NCBI RefSeq assembly: GCF_009914755.1
Contig: NC_060925.1
Direction: 5' to 3' (one strand)
DNA: 64,000 nucleotides
Source of the DNA: the human T2T-CHM13v2.0 reference genome, Homo sapiens
The notes beneath the pieces were generated by a model. That model searched no databases. It worked only from the letters and a program-made list of their open reading frames with translations, and was not told where the DNA came from. This document shows positions 43,482-57,882 of this stretch, piece after piece (position 1 is the first letter of the stretch; every line of letters starts with the position of its first letter). A program made the position numbers and the translations under genes.

Positions 43482-43829
43482 GGCCTGGTGCAGTGGCTCA
43501 CACTTGTAATCTCAGCATTTTGGGAGGCCGAGGTGGGCAGATCACTTGAGGTCAGGAGTTTGAGACCACCCTGGCCAACATGGTGAAACCCCATCTCTAC
43601 TGAAAATATAAAAATTAGCCAGGTGTGGTGGCGCACACTTGTAATCCTAGCTACCTGGGAGGCTGATGCAGTAGGATCGCTTGAACCCAGGAGGCAGAGG
43701 TTGCAGTGAGCTGAAATCACACCACTGCACCACAGACTGGGTAACAGAGCAAGACTCTGTCTCAAATAAAATAAAATAAAATAAAATAAAATAAAATAAA
43801 ATAAAATAAAATAAAATAAAATAAAATAA
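43482..43829 (+). mobile_element. Alu (AluS-like) with (AAAAT)n tail
   Basis: Full dimer, with about 13 AAAAT units at 43764-43827. Confidence 0.95.
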
Positions 43830-43919
43830 TCGGGTCAATCCTTCAAATACACAGTTTAGTGTAGTTCAATAAAGTTGAACAAATCTTAAAAATGGGAGAA
43901 AAACAGTTCAATAGCTTGG

Positions 43920-44180
43920 CAGATGTTTAAATCCCCTTGACCATGTGCTTGGATGGTTAGTGGCCTGGCCTCTGCTGGCACACAGCTCCTTGACAGGAGC
44001 TCATACCCTCAAGGCAGCTATTCTAAGACTGGACTTCTCTTTTAGCAAGTTCTTCCTACTGAGCTGAAATTGCCTCCTGGAAGCTTTTATTCACTAAGCA
44101 GGGCCATAAAAAACACATTAGATCCTGGTGCTTAGAGACAGCCCTTCAGAAATTGAATTAGCTGAGTTATCCACCCCTCA
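43920..44180 (-). mobile_element. L3/CR1 fragment
   Basis: ggagctcataccctcaaggcagc...aagttcttcctactgagctgaaattgcctcc...gacagcccttcaga resembles antisense L3. Confidence 0.6.
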
Positions 44181-44210
44181 CTATGTATTATGAGTGTATG
44201 TGAATAAGCA

Positions 44211-44215
<5 letters not shown>

Positions 44216-44248
<33 letters not shown>
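44216..44248. repeat. (AC)n microsatellite
   Basis: About 16 units. Confidence 0.96.
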
Positions 44249-44249
<1 letters not shown>

Positions 44250-47200
44250 CAATACTTCGCTTATCCAGAAGTCCACTATCTAGCAACTTCCCGTATCCAG
44301 AACATATGTTAAAACAACAAAATTAACACCGCACCACATCCATACACTTGACTCCTAGAACAATACCTCACCATCTTCACCTGAAATTATTTAGTTTATC
44401 TTTGGACTCTCGTTTACGTCTGGTTCTCTGGCTTTCTAGCTCACAAAAGATTAAAAACAACCAATACACTGCAAAGGATGCTGGCTCCAGTAAGAAGTCA
44501 AAATGTTCTGCCTGACTCTGTTAAGAGAGATAGATAAATGACTGGAAACTAGAAAAATAGGAACTAGAAAATAATAGCAGCCTAGAGTCATCCAGAGAAA
44601 AGGCAATACTATATACACCTCACCATGTGATATCCAAGAAAATTATAAATGACACTGAGTCTCCAAGAAAACTGTGAACCAGTTCAAGAGTTGGCTGCTG
44701 TACACAATAAACATACTTCTATAAACTTTTCATCCAACATGGTTATGCCAACTAACATCATGATACCTAACGGTTATAACTTTTTATCCAGATAATTCAT
44801 TTCGGTGGAAGACTTCACTCTACAGTGATGTTGACTAAATGAGGTGTCACTGTGTGTTATCTTACAGTGTACAGCATGGTTTTCAAGGGAAGATGAGACT
44901 GATTGTAATGCATAATGCAATGATGAGCATGTGGTGGGCACCACCCTAGCTGACTGATTGCCATGGTAACTGGAACTAGGCAAGAAAGTATTACCTACTA
45001 GAGATACTTACATTACCTGCTTTCACAGAGATAAGAACTGTTCAAATTAGCATATTAATATTTGATCCCAAACAAATAACATCCCTGCCTTGTGATAACT
45101 ATGCGTTCATGACCCAGATGCACATTTCCTCATGAATATGTATTTTCATTCTAATTTGCTCAGCAAATCCTTTTCCTAGAGTCCGAGAAGGTAAACTGCA
45201 GGCTGCTCCTACGACAACCACTATGGTTTTACTCCCCCTACTACTCAAGTCCCCAAACCAGCTGCCAGAAGGCCAGGACCTTGGGAGTGAGCTGCCACAA
45301 AGGGACAATAACTCTTAGCTGTCTGGGCAGCTAGAGGAAGTACAGCTAATATCAAACAACGGTTACTCCAGAGTCATTCATCTTGGGCTCAGGAACACAG
45401 GTTCACACTTTGGCATGCACATGCGTGCACACACACACACACACGCTCCAAGACAACATATCCCTTTGAATCACCTCAACCACTCACCATGTATGAGCCC
45501 CCAGGCAGAAGCTCCAGCAATGGTTAGGGTTCATAGGCTGCTCTAACTACATCAAACAAGACTAGCTCTGGGGTGGGCGTGGCACTTCAAGAGCCTTTTC
45601 ACCCTGTTCTTCTCCTATTTCCACAGCACACATTACCTTCCAATCTACTATTTTATTTACTTGTTATGTTTATTATTTGCTATCTATCTGTCCTCACTAG
45701 AATGGAAGCTGCCTGAGGACCCTGAACATTGTTTTGTTTTGGGGTTGCGATTTCAGTACCCAGGCCACTCCCTGACAGTAGAGTAGGGGCTCAGTAATAA
45801 CATGCTGAATGAAGACAAATGAATGGTGGCTGATCCTGCAGACTAAAGAAAGATATCAGCCCTGGTAAGCATATGCTGAATTGCAGTGTCCCATGCCTAT
45901 CATTAACACATTATAGCCCTGTGTCAAGTCCAATAGAGCCTCAGAATCATTCTCAACCCAAGATTTCAGGAAGCCACTACCATTAGGTCCTCGTTAACAT
46001 AGGAGCTCTGCTCACCATTCCCAGCCCAGGCTATTATCACAGAAGCCTGGAGGTTTTGTTTGCTTGCTTGTTTGGTTTTCTTTTGCAAGTGGATCCACAA
46101 GCAGGGATTTAGTGTCTTCTGACCTTGGGTAGGAAATAAGTGCTCACTGGGTATGTCTGCTTATAGGCAGGAACTCTGAGATGCAGGGCCAGGCTTTTAA
46201 AAAGCTGGCATTCTCTAAGTTTACACTCAGCCTGTCCCCCAGGTGCCATCCTCCAAGATCTTCATGCCGTGCAGAGGGAGATGAGACCACCACTCACAAG
46301 GGCTCAGTTAAGCAGTGATTCACTCAAGGACAGAAGCCAGCATAGGGCAGTTTGAGTAGACCTTTCAGTGATCATTTCACAGATGAGGAAAAAGGCTGGG
46401 AGAGGTCCATGATGGGCCAAAAGTCACACTTTAGAAACTTACAAACACTGGACTGTGCCCTCCTCTAGGGAAGAGACCTCTCAGTCACTGATGTTTCCCC
46501 ACACCCAGGTCAGTGACCTAGAACATATAAATGATCGAAGGCGTAGACACAAAGCCTAAAACGATTGGACAGCATGGCATTAGTAATTTGGCCTAAAAAG
46601 AAAGGCCAAATAGAATCAGATTCACAAACCTAGTGTCCCTTGCAGAGCCAGCCCTGGGGTTCAGAGGGAGGACAAGTGATGCTGTCCTGGTCCCAGGTGA
46701 AGCCAGCAAGGTGATGTTTCCCCTGCCATGTCCTCATGATCAAGAGAAAGGAGCATGCCCTCCCTCGAAGCTGCCCCTTCCAGTGTCCGACTTCACCTCC
46801 CCCACCGCTCCTCACTCTCACATTGCAGCCTGACCTCCTTGTTGTTCTGGTCCCTTTTCCAAAATGTTTGGGGAAGGACCCTATGGATCTCTCTTCAGGC
46901 TCTATCCAGCCCTGACCCCAGACTCAAGCACTTACTCATTTTAAGAGCTCAGCAAACATTGGTGAATGGATGAATGGGTAAACGGATGACTTATCAGAGA
47001 CTCCTGTTTTCCAAGTCCTTGTTATCAAGTGCCTGGACAATTCTGTTACACATATATTCATTCAACAAATATGAATAAATATGGAGTACCTACTAGATAA
47101 GAGGCAGGGTGTCAGGCTCTGGAGTTCAGTGGGGGACAAAACACAGTAGCTTTTCAAAAGGTCTTTTGACTTTTAGTTCCCTCTCCATTTTAACCATTTT

Positions 47201-47441
47201 GCACTTATTTTCAAATTTACCCTTCTATAGCTGGGTTTGGATCTCACTCCTCCTGACTCAACAACTTTCAATGCCTCCCACTGCTTATTGGAAAATGGCC
47301 AGATTCCTTACACTGACATTTAAGACCTTCTAAGATCTAGCTGAAATCTACGTTCCCATTTTCATCTCCCATCCCTCATTCCCTCTTTCCCTCCATGACA
47401 TAATTTACGGTCCTGCCCTTGCCTGAAATGCCCTTCTCATC

Positions 47442-47940
47442 TGTACTGGTCAGCTATTGCTGTGTTACAAACCACCCCAGGCCTCTGTGGCTTAAAGCAA
47501 TAATCATTTATTTTCACTTGCACGTCTGTGGGTCAGCCGGGGGTTGGTTGATCTGAGTTGGACTTGGCTGGACTCAACCTATGTGTCTTGGGGGTGACTC
47601 TTCATTGTGGGTTGGACTCAGGTCTGCTGTGTGCATTCTGGGACCCAGGCTGAAGAGGCAGCAGCTACATGGAAGATTCCCTTCTCATGGTGATGGCAGA
47701 GGCACGAGAGGATGAGCTCAACTAAAGCAAGCACATCTAAGGCTCTGGTGGCGCATGTCTGCTAGCGTCTCACTGGCCAAAGCAAGTGACAAGACAGAGC
47801 CCAAAGTCAAGAAGCAAGAAGTACACTTAGCCCACCAGAAAGCCAAAGCAAGTGACATCGTCAAACTCTACATCACTGGAGGCTGGGGGAAGGAAGAGGC
47901 AGAGAGTGAATATGTTTGAACAATAATCTAATCTAACACA
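47442..47940 (-). mobile_element. MaLR solo LTR (MLT1H-like)
   Basis: TG...CA ends, tcagctattgctgtgttacaaaccacccc and ctggccaaagcaagtgac. Near-TSD tcatc/ccatc. Confidence 0.85.
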
Positions 47941-49221
47941 CCATCTCTGCCTAATGAAATTTGATAGCACGGTAAAAGAAATCAGGCTTGGAAATGGAAG
48001 GCCTGGCTTGTATCATAGGTACACATCCCACTTTCTGAGAGACTTAGACACAGTATACTCCCCCAATACTTCATTCATTCAGTGCACATAAGCTAACAAT
48101 CTACTATATATAGGAATATCATGCCAGACCCTGAGCCAGTTTTGTAAACCAAACAGACATGTCCCTGCTATCCTGGTGGTATGAATGTAGCTCTTAACCT
48201 TCTGAATGTCAGCTCTCTCAATACATGAGAAACCTTGCAATAAATGGGAAAACCCGTGGAAAGCCAGCCTTGGGTATAGTTATAAGTGGAGAAAGGCTTA
48301 TCTCCTTGGAAATGATCTCTCTCGCCAATCTGAATTCTTAAAACAATTAATTACCAAACAGGTAAAGGCCCAACCAATCAATGAGAATTTATCCAGGTCT
48401 ACCTTGTGCCAGGTAGGCCTGCCCAGCCCTAACTCCCTACACTCAGATACCACACCTTAACAGGAGGACAGGTGTGTTCTTCCTGCCTTCCCTGACAGCA
48501 CGCAGCCTAATGCCACACCCACAATAGGTACTCAATATATGCTCCTGACCAAGACTCCAGAACCTCCTCAATTGCTTTTCTTACTCTTTCCTGGATACAG
48601 CCTCAAACAATGAGGTTTCCACCAAAGACTTCCCATTCACCCAGAAAGAAAAATTCAGTTAAAGCAATCTGGCCTTTTCTTTCCATTCCCACCACCCCTC
48701 CCACTCTCACCCCAGATGAAACCTCCCTAAGTGATTAAATGTTATAATAAGGATTTGACATATTTGCCTTATCAAAGATTGTGCTTTTGTGGTATCTCAT
48801 GGAGCACAAACAGATGAAAGAGCCAACAGTGAGATGGACTATCAGCAGAGACCAACCAGGAAAGAAAACAGCAAAACCTCAAGATAAGTCCACAACCTCT
48901 AATCACACAAAGACAGGGCCAAGCATGCAACTAACTGAGACTTTCTGGCAAAAATAATGCTAATTAAGTAGTTATAAAAATTACTGTTATTATTAGCAGT
49001 ATCATTATTATTACAATAAATTAAATACTGGCTAGAAATTCAAGTCTTTCTTCGGGATCTGGTTTCTTCCAGTTTTCTTGCACACAGGTTATATCCAGCA
49101 GTGGTCCCCCACTACCCATGGGAGCCACTGAATTCCTCATTCTGGCCTGAGAGTCCCTCCAGGCAGCAGTATCCACCTACTTTCCAATCATTCACTCATT
49201 CAACAACTAGTTTTTCAGCAC

Positions 49222-49593
49222 TGTTATGTACTGAATGTTTGTGTCCCCTTAGCCTCCTGACTCAAATTCATGTGCTGAAATTCTAACCCACAATGTGATG
49301 GTATTAGGAGATGGGGCCTCTGGGAGGTAATAGGCCATGAGGGTGGCACCCTAGTGAATGGGATTAGCACCCTTATAAAAGAGACCCCAGAGAGCTCTCT
49401 AGCCCTCTTTCCACCACATGAGGACAAAACTGGAAAACGGCAGTCTTGCAATCTGAAAGAAGACCCTTACCAGAACCCGAACATGCTGGCTTCCTGACCT
49501 CAGACTTCCAGCCTCTAGAACTGTGAGAATTTTTTTTGTTTGTTTATAAGCCACTCAGTCTGGTACTTTGTTACAGCAGCCTGAGCTAAGACA
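49222..49593 (+). mobile_element. MaLR solo LTR (MLT1A-like)
   Basis: Runs tgttatgtactgaatgtttgtgtcccc to ctaagaca, with a perfect 5-bp TSD agcac at 49217-49221 and 49594-49598. Confidence 0.92.
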
Positions 49594-50349
49594 AGCACCA
49601 ATTTTTGACCCTCATGGTAGTCAAAGTCCATAAATTTACCTTTCCAATCCTTTCTCTCGCTAATTCTCTAACAGAAACCCCAAAGACATGGCCCACTCCC
49701 CTCAATGCCCTTCAGATCTACAGTCTGTGTCCATCTCCAGGGAGCCCTCCTGGATCCCTCCTAGTAAATGAGGCATCTCTAAGGACATGTGCTTTCTCTC
49801 TTGTGGGGACTGTACGTGCATGGTTGTGTACTCTTTACTGGACATGCCCCCACACACTTCATTCACCTTGTGTATGCCTTATCTACCCACCTAGACAGAG
49901 ATCATGGCTCCTGTCTAAGACAGCATTACGCAATAGCTGGTGTTCAATAAATACTTGTTGACAGACTTTACTGTGGAAGTAATTCAACACAAACCAAGAG
50001 ATGCTGATTTAGTGGCAGCTGGGATAGGAAAAAATAAATTGCTATGGGCTGGACACTAGGAAAGGCTAGAAGGTATACAGTTCAATGACAGGCACACAGG
50101 GCCTGGGCCAGCAGGGGGCAGCCCCCGCAGCCAGGTCTCTGGCAACTGGTGTGCACTTTACATCCAGGGTCCCCAGCCATGCACACTTGATATTTGCATC
50201 TCCTATTTCAATAGTATGGACTACTGGGGAGAAAGGGGGCATGGGAATCAAGAAACAGGGCATTATTCTAATCTCACCAGGTAGATGATGTAACCCGAAG
50301 ATGCCACTAACAATGTTGCCAACAAACGAATTCCAGGAAGCTTCTCTAA

Positions 50350-51550
50350 TGAACCACATAGTACTTGAAATTTTACAAGTACTGTGTGTATACTCGTACT
50401 TGCTCCTCCTCCAGCCTCCCCTAATTTCAGTGAATGGCACCACCATGGACCAAAATGTGCAAGTGCCACCCCAGATTCTTGAAATCTCCACAAGCAACCA
50501 ACAGTCATGTCTCAGCTTCACCTCCAAAACAGAGCCACACCTACCTCACTCCTCCCCAGGTCAACCACTAGTGTCTCCCACCTGAACTATTCTAATAGCG
50601 TCCATGCTGGCCTCCCAGCTTTCTCTATTCTGTTCTCCAGGAAAGTCCATTTTGCATACCACAGGCAAAGCAATGTTACATTTAAAAATTTAATTAGGCC
50701 GGGGCCGGTGACTCACACCTATAATCCCAGCACTTTGGGATGCTGGGGTGGGCCAATAGCTTGAGCTCCGGAGTTCGAGACCAGCCTGGGCAAGATAGTG
50801 AGATCCCATCACTACAAAAAATACAAAAATTAGCTGGGTGCGGTGGAATGTGCCTGCAGTCTCAACTATTGGGGAGGCTGAGGTAGGAGGATAGCTTGAG
50901 CCTGGAAGGTCGAGGCTGCAGTGAGCCATGATCACACCACACCACTGCACTCTAGCCTAGGGAACAGAGTAAGATTCTGTCTGCATCTCCTCCAAAAAGT
51001 AAATTAGATCACCTTCTGCTTCAAACCAATGACTTCCACTGTTGGAATAAAATCCAAGTACTGTCCTATTACCTGTAGGCCAGGTGAGATCTCACCTCAT
51101 CTCCTCTCTGCTCCATCTCCTGACATGCATGTCCTGTACATGCATGGCTCCAGTTACATCCTTTCTGTCCCTTAAGCAGCCTCAGGTCCTTGGCACGTGC
51201 TGTTCCTTCTACCCAAAATGTGCCTTCCCCAGGTGTTCATGGCTGGCTCCTCCTCATCCTTCTGGATTCAGCTCTTAAGGCACCTTCTCCCCAAACCCCA
51301 AGGACACCAAGCATCTGTCCCCATCCAAACCCCACCCACTTGCAGCCTGGTCCCTCTCTAGCCTACTGATTTTTGTTTTTCATTATACCCTTATCATGAC
51401 CTAAAATTATTTATTAATTCATTGCTAAATCCTCACTGGAATAAAAGTTCCATGCAGGAAAAATAAATCTTTTATGTTTTGTTCACCACTACATTTTCAG
51501 CATCTGTACCAGTGCCCAGTGCAGACTGAGCCTTCAAAACGCACTTGTTA
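50350..51550 (+). mobile_element. L2 fragment interrupted by an AluJ
   Basis: tcagtgaatggcaccacc...ttggaataaaatccaag...ttgttcaccactacattttcagcatctgtaccagtgcc. Confidence 0.75.
50697..50985 (+). mobile_element. Alu, AluJ-like
   Basis: J-type diagnostics ttgagctccggagttcgagaccagcctgggcaa and ggtcgaggctgcagtgagccatgatc. The tail has decayed. Confidence 0.92.
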
Positions 51551-51554
51551 ACGA

Positions 51555-52190
51555 CAGAGCAGTTAACTCCCCACTTTTTAGGAATGGGTTGTTCACAGCA
51601 ACTCCTTTCCAATGTGTGCAGTATGAAAAGATGGAGGGAAAAAAGGGTACCTCTATAGTGGAGAAACCTGACAAATACTACTTCATCCAGGTGATCAAGG
51701 TTAATATCAACAGTAATAAGTCATGTTGCTAGCATGTACCTTTGATATGATGTGAGGAGAATAGCACTTTGCCTCTGTGGCCTTCCTCCCCAAAACACAC
51801 AATTCCACTCTAATTGTAAGAAAAACATCAGACAAATCCCTATGGAGGGACAGTGCTCTTCAAAACTGTCAAGGTCATCGAAAACAAGGAAAGTCTGAGA
51901 AACTGCCACAGCCAAGTGGATTCTAAGAAGGGATGATAAGTAAACGTGATACAGTACCCTGGATAAGATCCTGGATTAAAAAAATAACTTTAGGGGAAAA
52001 CTGAGGAAATCTGAGTAACATATGGACTTTAGTTAATAATGATGTATCAGGTTCATTCATTATGACAAATGTACCACATTAACATAAGATGCTAATAACA
52101 GGGGAACTGGGTGTGGGGAGCTCTCTGTACTATCTTCTCAATAATTCTGTAAATCAAAAACTGTTCTAAAATTAAAAGTTTATTTAAAAA
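51555..52190 (+). mobile_element. L1MC-type 3'UTR fragment
   Basis: gtggagaaacctgacaaatactac...caaaactgtcaaggtcatcgaaaacaaggaaagtctgagaaactg...ctaaaattaaaagtttatt. Confidence 0.85.
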
Positions 52191-53701
52191 ACATTTGTTA
52201 GGTGAATGAATGTGCAGTAATAAATGCTGCACATATATTTTCAGGTCTTTTTGTAAGCATTTACTGAGCACAGGGTTTAGCATGATACTAGAAAACAGAC
52301 GAATTCCTGAAGTCTGTTAAGCACTGTCTGGGTCATACCATTTGCATCATTACTTTGTGCACCTGAAACATTGTAAAGGCAGACATTGGTTCACCCGAAA
52401 CTGAACCATCAGTGGTTCTAAGTGAGGAAAGTTGGGGTCAATGACAAAAATAACAAATCTTGCCCTTTTTGAGGATGAATTCAGTTATCTCACTGTTCTC
52501 AAGTCCATTCAGCCACAAGCACTGCTGAGGGCCTACTGCACACCCAAGCCTGGGTTTGGCTTAACAGCCAGCTCTTGTCCTAGAGCAGCAAACACAAATC
52601 TGGCCAAACACAAGACTCTTCTAAGGGGTCAAATGAAGCAATACAAACTATAAATGGCAAATATGTTCAGAGAAAACTGATCATGGAAGTGGGGTAGTCA
52701 AAGAGGCCTTCCTGCAGGAAGGGCCAGGCTGGACCTGAAATAGGAAACAGGATTTGGAGTGACAAGAGGAAGGACAGAGGGCACCCCAGGGTAAGCACAG
52801 AGTCCAGAATTAACTGCAGATGGTAGTCTGAGTACAGCTGTGGGGTTCCCTAGAGGGGCAATGGAAAAGGAGGTTGGTAGCTGAGCTGGGGCCAGACCAG
52901 AAAAGACCTTCCAGACCTTCAAGGTCCCCTGCTTCATGTTCCTTTTCATGTGTCATTTGCATTCTTGTCCCATCTCTCCTACTCCACCTGTAAGCTTCCT
53001 GGGGGCAAGATCTTTTCCTGCCTAATTTCTGCCTGCTCTAAAAGGTCTTGCACTTAGTAATGGCCCAAAGGAATATCTGGTGAGTGAATAAAACAGAGAA
53101 TTAATCAGTGAATTATAATCTAAGAAGCCAACCTTCTACCCCTTACACACTGGGAGGCCTGCAGGGTTTGTAGAAAAATCCAGGATCAAAATGACATTTC
53201 CTCCACTATCTCCCCAACCCCTTCCTTTGCTTGTTTTCATTCAGCATTTATCTCTCTCTGACTTCTTATTAATCATTTGTGTACTTTGCATACTTGTTTC
53301 TTATCTGTCACCTTCCAGGCATTCAACAATCATTAACTGATTACCTACTATGTGCTAGACATAGTAGGTGCTAAGAATACAGACAACACACAAATATTTC
53401 TACTCTCATGGAGCTAGCATTGTAGTGATGGGGTGAAGAGCAATACGTAAAATGTATAGAACGCAATTGATGACAGGTGCTATGGTAGAAAAGGGCAAGG
53501 AGAAAGGAAAGTAAATTCAAGGGAGTGATTTGCAATTTCAAATAGGGTGGTCAGGGGAAAACATCTTTGAGCACCTGAGGTAGATAGGGATGGAATTCTT
53601 TTCTTTTGCATACATGCTTGGTACATGAGCAGTACCTGGCATGCAGCAGGCACAGAAGAATGAATGAGTGTATGAACTGAGGGTGTTGGGAAGATTGATC
53701 C

Positions 53702-53932
53702 ATTTTTTAAATTAAACTTTTAAGAGAATTGTAGATTCACATGCAGTTGTAAGAAATAATACCCTTTACCCAGTTTCCCCCAGTGGTAACACCTTACATA
53801 ACTATAGTACAATATCAAAACCAGGGAATTGAGGTTGATAACAATCCACTGATGTGATTCAGGTTTCACCAGTTTTACATGCACTCAGTTATGTATATGT
53901 GTGGATGGTGTATTTAGCTTTATGCAATTTTA
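53702..53932 (-). mobile_element. L1MC/MD 3' end fragment
   Basis: tgtagattcacatgcagttgtaagaaataataccctttacccagtttcccccagtggtaaca. Confidence 0.8.
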
Positions 53933-53940
53933 AGGTTTAG

Positions 53941-54246
<306 letters not shown>

Positions 54247-54861
54247 AGGTTAGTCCATTTTTAATATGTGAGTTAGAAGGCCACTTGAAGGGTGTAGGGC
54301 TGAAGGAGAGTGGGACAAAGTAAACCACCAGCCACTAGGCACGCTGTTCATTTTCACATGCCTGAGCTCCATTTACCCGAGCAATCATCCTAAGAAGATA
54401 GGTATTCTTATCTCCATTTTATATACGTGAAGACTGAGGCACTCAGAGAAGGAATCTGTTGGAAGTCACAGCAGGCAGAAAAATCAGAACCCCAAATCTC
54501 TGACTGTCTAGCTACTTCCTGGGACTCTTTCTTGAGCACAAGAATGGCCGGGATGAAAAAAAAAAAAAAAACACACAGGAATAAGGAACCAAGAGGAAGG
54601 ACAGGCTCCAGGAGACATTGGAGGAGAGAGGAAATGAGGGGGAATTGAAAAGTATGCCTCTGGATTCTGAGTTAGGGAGAACAGAAGTATCATCACAGGA
54701 AGAGGAAATGAAGAGCTGGAGGGCTCTAAAGGAGAAGAAAAGGGAGATGTCCTGGTTCAGCCCTGATTTCATGTGTGATCTTGGGTGAGTCAATTTACAT
54801 CTCTGGGTTTCATGTTCCTCATCCATACAAGGGTGGGAATGGCCACCCCATTCCATCCATC

Positions 54862-55271
54862 TGGTATGCTCTAAATGTCCATAATATGTTCCCATTCACA
54901 AAATTCTCCCCCAAATTTGTGTCCCTCCCCAACCCCCAAATTTATACGTTGAAACCTAATCCCCAATGTGACGGTATTAGGAAGTGGGGATTTGGGGAGG
55001 TCATTAGGTCTTGAGAGCGGAGCCCACATGAATAGTATTAGTGCATTTATAAGGGACTGAAGGGGCCATAGTTCTCCCCTTCTGCCATGTAAATACACAG
55101 AGACATGGCACCATCCGTGAACCAGAAAGCTGTTCCTCACCAGACACTGAATCTACTAGTGTCTTGATCTTGGACTTCCTGGCCCCCAGAACTGTGAGAA
55201 ATAGATTTCTGTTGTTAATAAGCAAACTAGCTTATGGTATTTCGTTATAGCAACATGAACAGACTAACACA
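54862..55271 (+). mobile_element. MaLR solo LTR (MLT1A-like)
   Basis: gttgaaacctaatccccaatgtgacggtattagg...ctcaccagacactgaatct...cagaactgtgagaaatagatttctgttg...gactaacaca. Confidence 0.88.
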
Positions 55272-57882
55272 ACTATCCAGGACTGCTCTAAGGCCAAGGA
55301 GCGATGATGGGGCAGCCCTCTGCAAAGCAAGGTGCGAGGCCAACTGCCAAAACCGGAAACAAGGCAACCCAGCACAGGCCCAGACTGCCTGTGGTATCCC
55401 GATCCGAATGACTGGCTGGCATTCCCAAAGATGAAAATGCAGAATTTAGGTCAGCACACACAGAGAATCTCACTTTGTTTACATGAGACAGAGAGTGTGT
55501 GTTCCTACGAAATGCCTTTGAATCCCAGCGATGATGAGAGACCCAAGGCTGTTTATGGCTTTGGATATTTACTTTTCTCATAAACAAATCAGCTTGGGTG
55601 CCGTCAGAGCTGACGCCACTTCACACTGCGGCCCTCTGACGTCCTCGCTCCTCCCCGGTGCCCCACACATGGTTTGAATTTATTGGTTTTAGCAGCTTTC
55701 ATTTATATTGTGTGAGGATCACGGAATGACCAGCAAACAGAAGCTCTGATCCGTGCTCTGGGAAAAACACAGAAGCACGAAGAAGGAGGTTGTGGGGAAG
55801 AGCTGGGAAGTTTCCTCCAGTCCAAGGAGAAGCAGCTCCCACCCACAGGGTGGTCCAGTCAAAGCCCTTAGGGCCCCTTTGGGAATGGAGGATCAGGGGG
55901 ATGCTACAGCCGCACCAGGAGTCGGTCAGAGCACGAGGCTGAGAAGGCTCTCAGTGGTCACGGCCTCCCAAAGCCAAAGCACCCAAGGACTGCCGTGGGA
56001 AGTGGAGGTGGCTGCTGAGGTACTTGGCCTCCTGGAACCAAACATCTAGAAATGTGGGAACAATGCGGGAAGGGGGCTTCCTGTTTTCTACCAGGATACT
56101 CAGGCGATGATGTGTAGACATGGTCAATAATTTTACAGCTACACACAGGGTCCCTGCATGTGTACTCAAAGCCAGGTGTCAGGGAAACCCAGATTCATTC
56201 TACGAGGTTCCTTCCCACAAAGAACTTCAGTTTAATGAAGGAGACAGACATGTGAACATATAAAAGACAATAACATTTAAAATGCCACTTTCCAGTGAGG
56301 TCAGAGCCAGCTTAGAAAGTGGCTTTGCAGCAGCAGGGGTATGGTTTATGGTTTACCAACCAATCTCACACCCACCAAGGGGGCTGAGCGAGGGGAGGGA
56401 CTTGCTCTGGTCATGCTGTGGGACTCCCAACCCAGTGCTCTATTCACCGACCAAGGATCCTCCCATCCCCCACTTCTGCTGGGGCTGGGGCGAACATCAG
56501 GAATCGCCTGCCTTACCCCGCCCCCACTTTGAACAGGTGGAATCCCACAAATAAATCACATAAAATAAGTGACACAAAATGCAGGAAATGTTATCCTCCA
56601 GCAACGACGTTAGAAATGGTGGTCAAGGTCTCAGGCTCCCTCACAAAAGGCCCTGTAATGTATAACTACTCTGGTCTCATTCAGTCACCAGATCGCTTTC
56701 ACCACCTTGTTTCTAAAGGAAACCCAGTCCTGAGTTCCTGTCCCAGAAGCTGGGAACCCTTCTGCTCTGGCTCAAGCAAGAGGGTTGGGAAGGTACAGAC
56801 AAGCCTGGGTGAGGTGTTCCAGTTTAGCCAACAAAGGAATGAGTGGGTGGGCCAATTATTAACCAGAAGGAATTCTGAAATGCAGAACATGAGAGTGAGG
56901 GTCAGTGGCCCCCCAGTGCACCCAGGATGAAGCCCAAACTTCTTAATATGGTCCTAAGGCCTCCATCATGTGACCCCTATGTGCTTCTATAGTCAATTGC
57001 CTAGTCTCCCCATGCTTCCCACTAGTGTTCTCCACATGTGAGTGTTATGAGTAACTATATTCCTTCAATCCGGATCAATATCACCATCAGCACCCACCCC
57101 CATAACATGGTGCCACTCCTGAACCCAGGACATGCCCACTTGTCCTTCAATACAGCTCAAGTGGTATCACACTAAAGCCAAACCAGGTACTCACAAGGAG
57201 GTGAGGCCAGTCTATTGTATACAATTGAGTATATGCAACAGCAAAGAGAACTAACTCCTAGACAGCAAGAATACAGGCTCATCCATTTGGTAGCATCCAT
57301 AGGACCCTCCAGATCACCTGAGCTCTGCAAAGCCCCAGCTGCCATGGGGGTGGGGGACTCAGGGTCAGCACTCAACAGTACACTAACACAGTAGATTGAA
57401 TGACAGGTGGGAAGCGACATTCTGTCCAGCTACTGAGGCAAATTGAACAGAGATTCCTCTAGGCTGGGGGTGGCCCTCCATCACATTTCCCCTTTCCCTG
57501 CCCTACACTAGAAAGCTCTGCAGAGAAGCATCCCAGCCATCTAGACTGGTGGCATTACAAATTTGGCACCTGTACGTCTGTTGGGCCCCTCAGCCTGCCC
57601 TGCCATCGCTTCAACTGCCAAGGTCAGCTTCTGCTCTGAATGCCCACCACAGACTTTCTCCTCACACTCCCTCCTCATTCTATCTCCTAGAAAATGGACT
57701 ATCACACTCTCTGCTTCCCAGGGCCACAGCCTTCCTCAAGAGGGACCCTCAGAAGTCTCTCAGCTCCTTGTCCCTGTCACCTCCTGGCCTCTTACCTTTC
57801 ATCACATCTCCAGTTTCAGAAGGGCTGTCGCCTCTACTCTCAGATTCCAGCTCCACCTCCTCTGGGTCACATTCCCTCTTTT

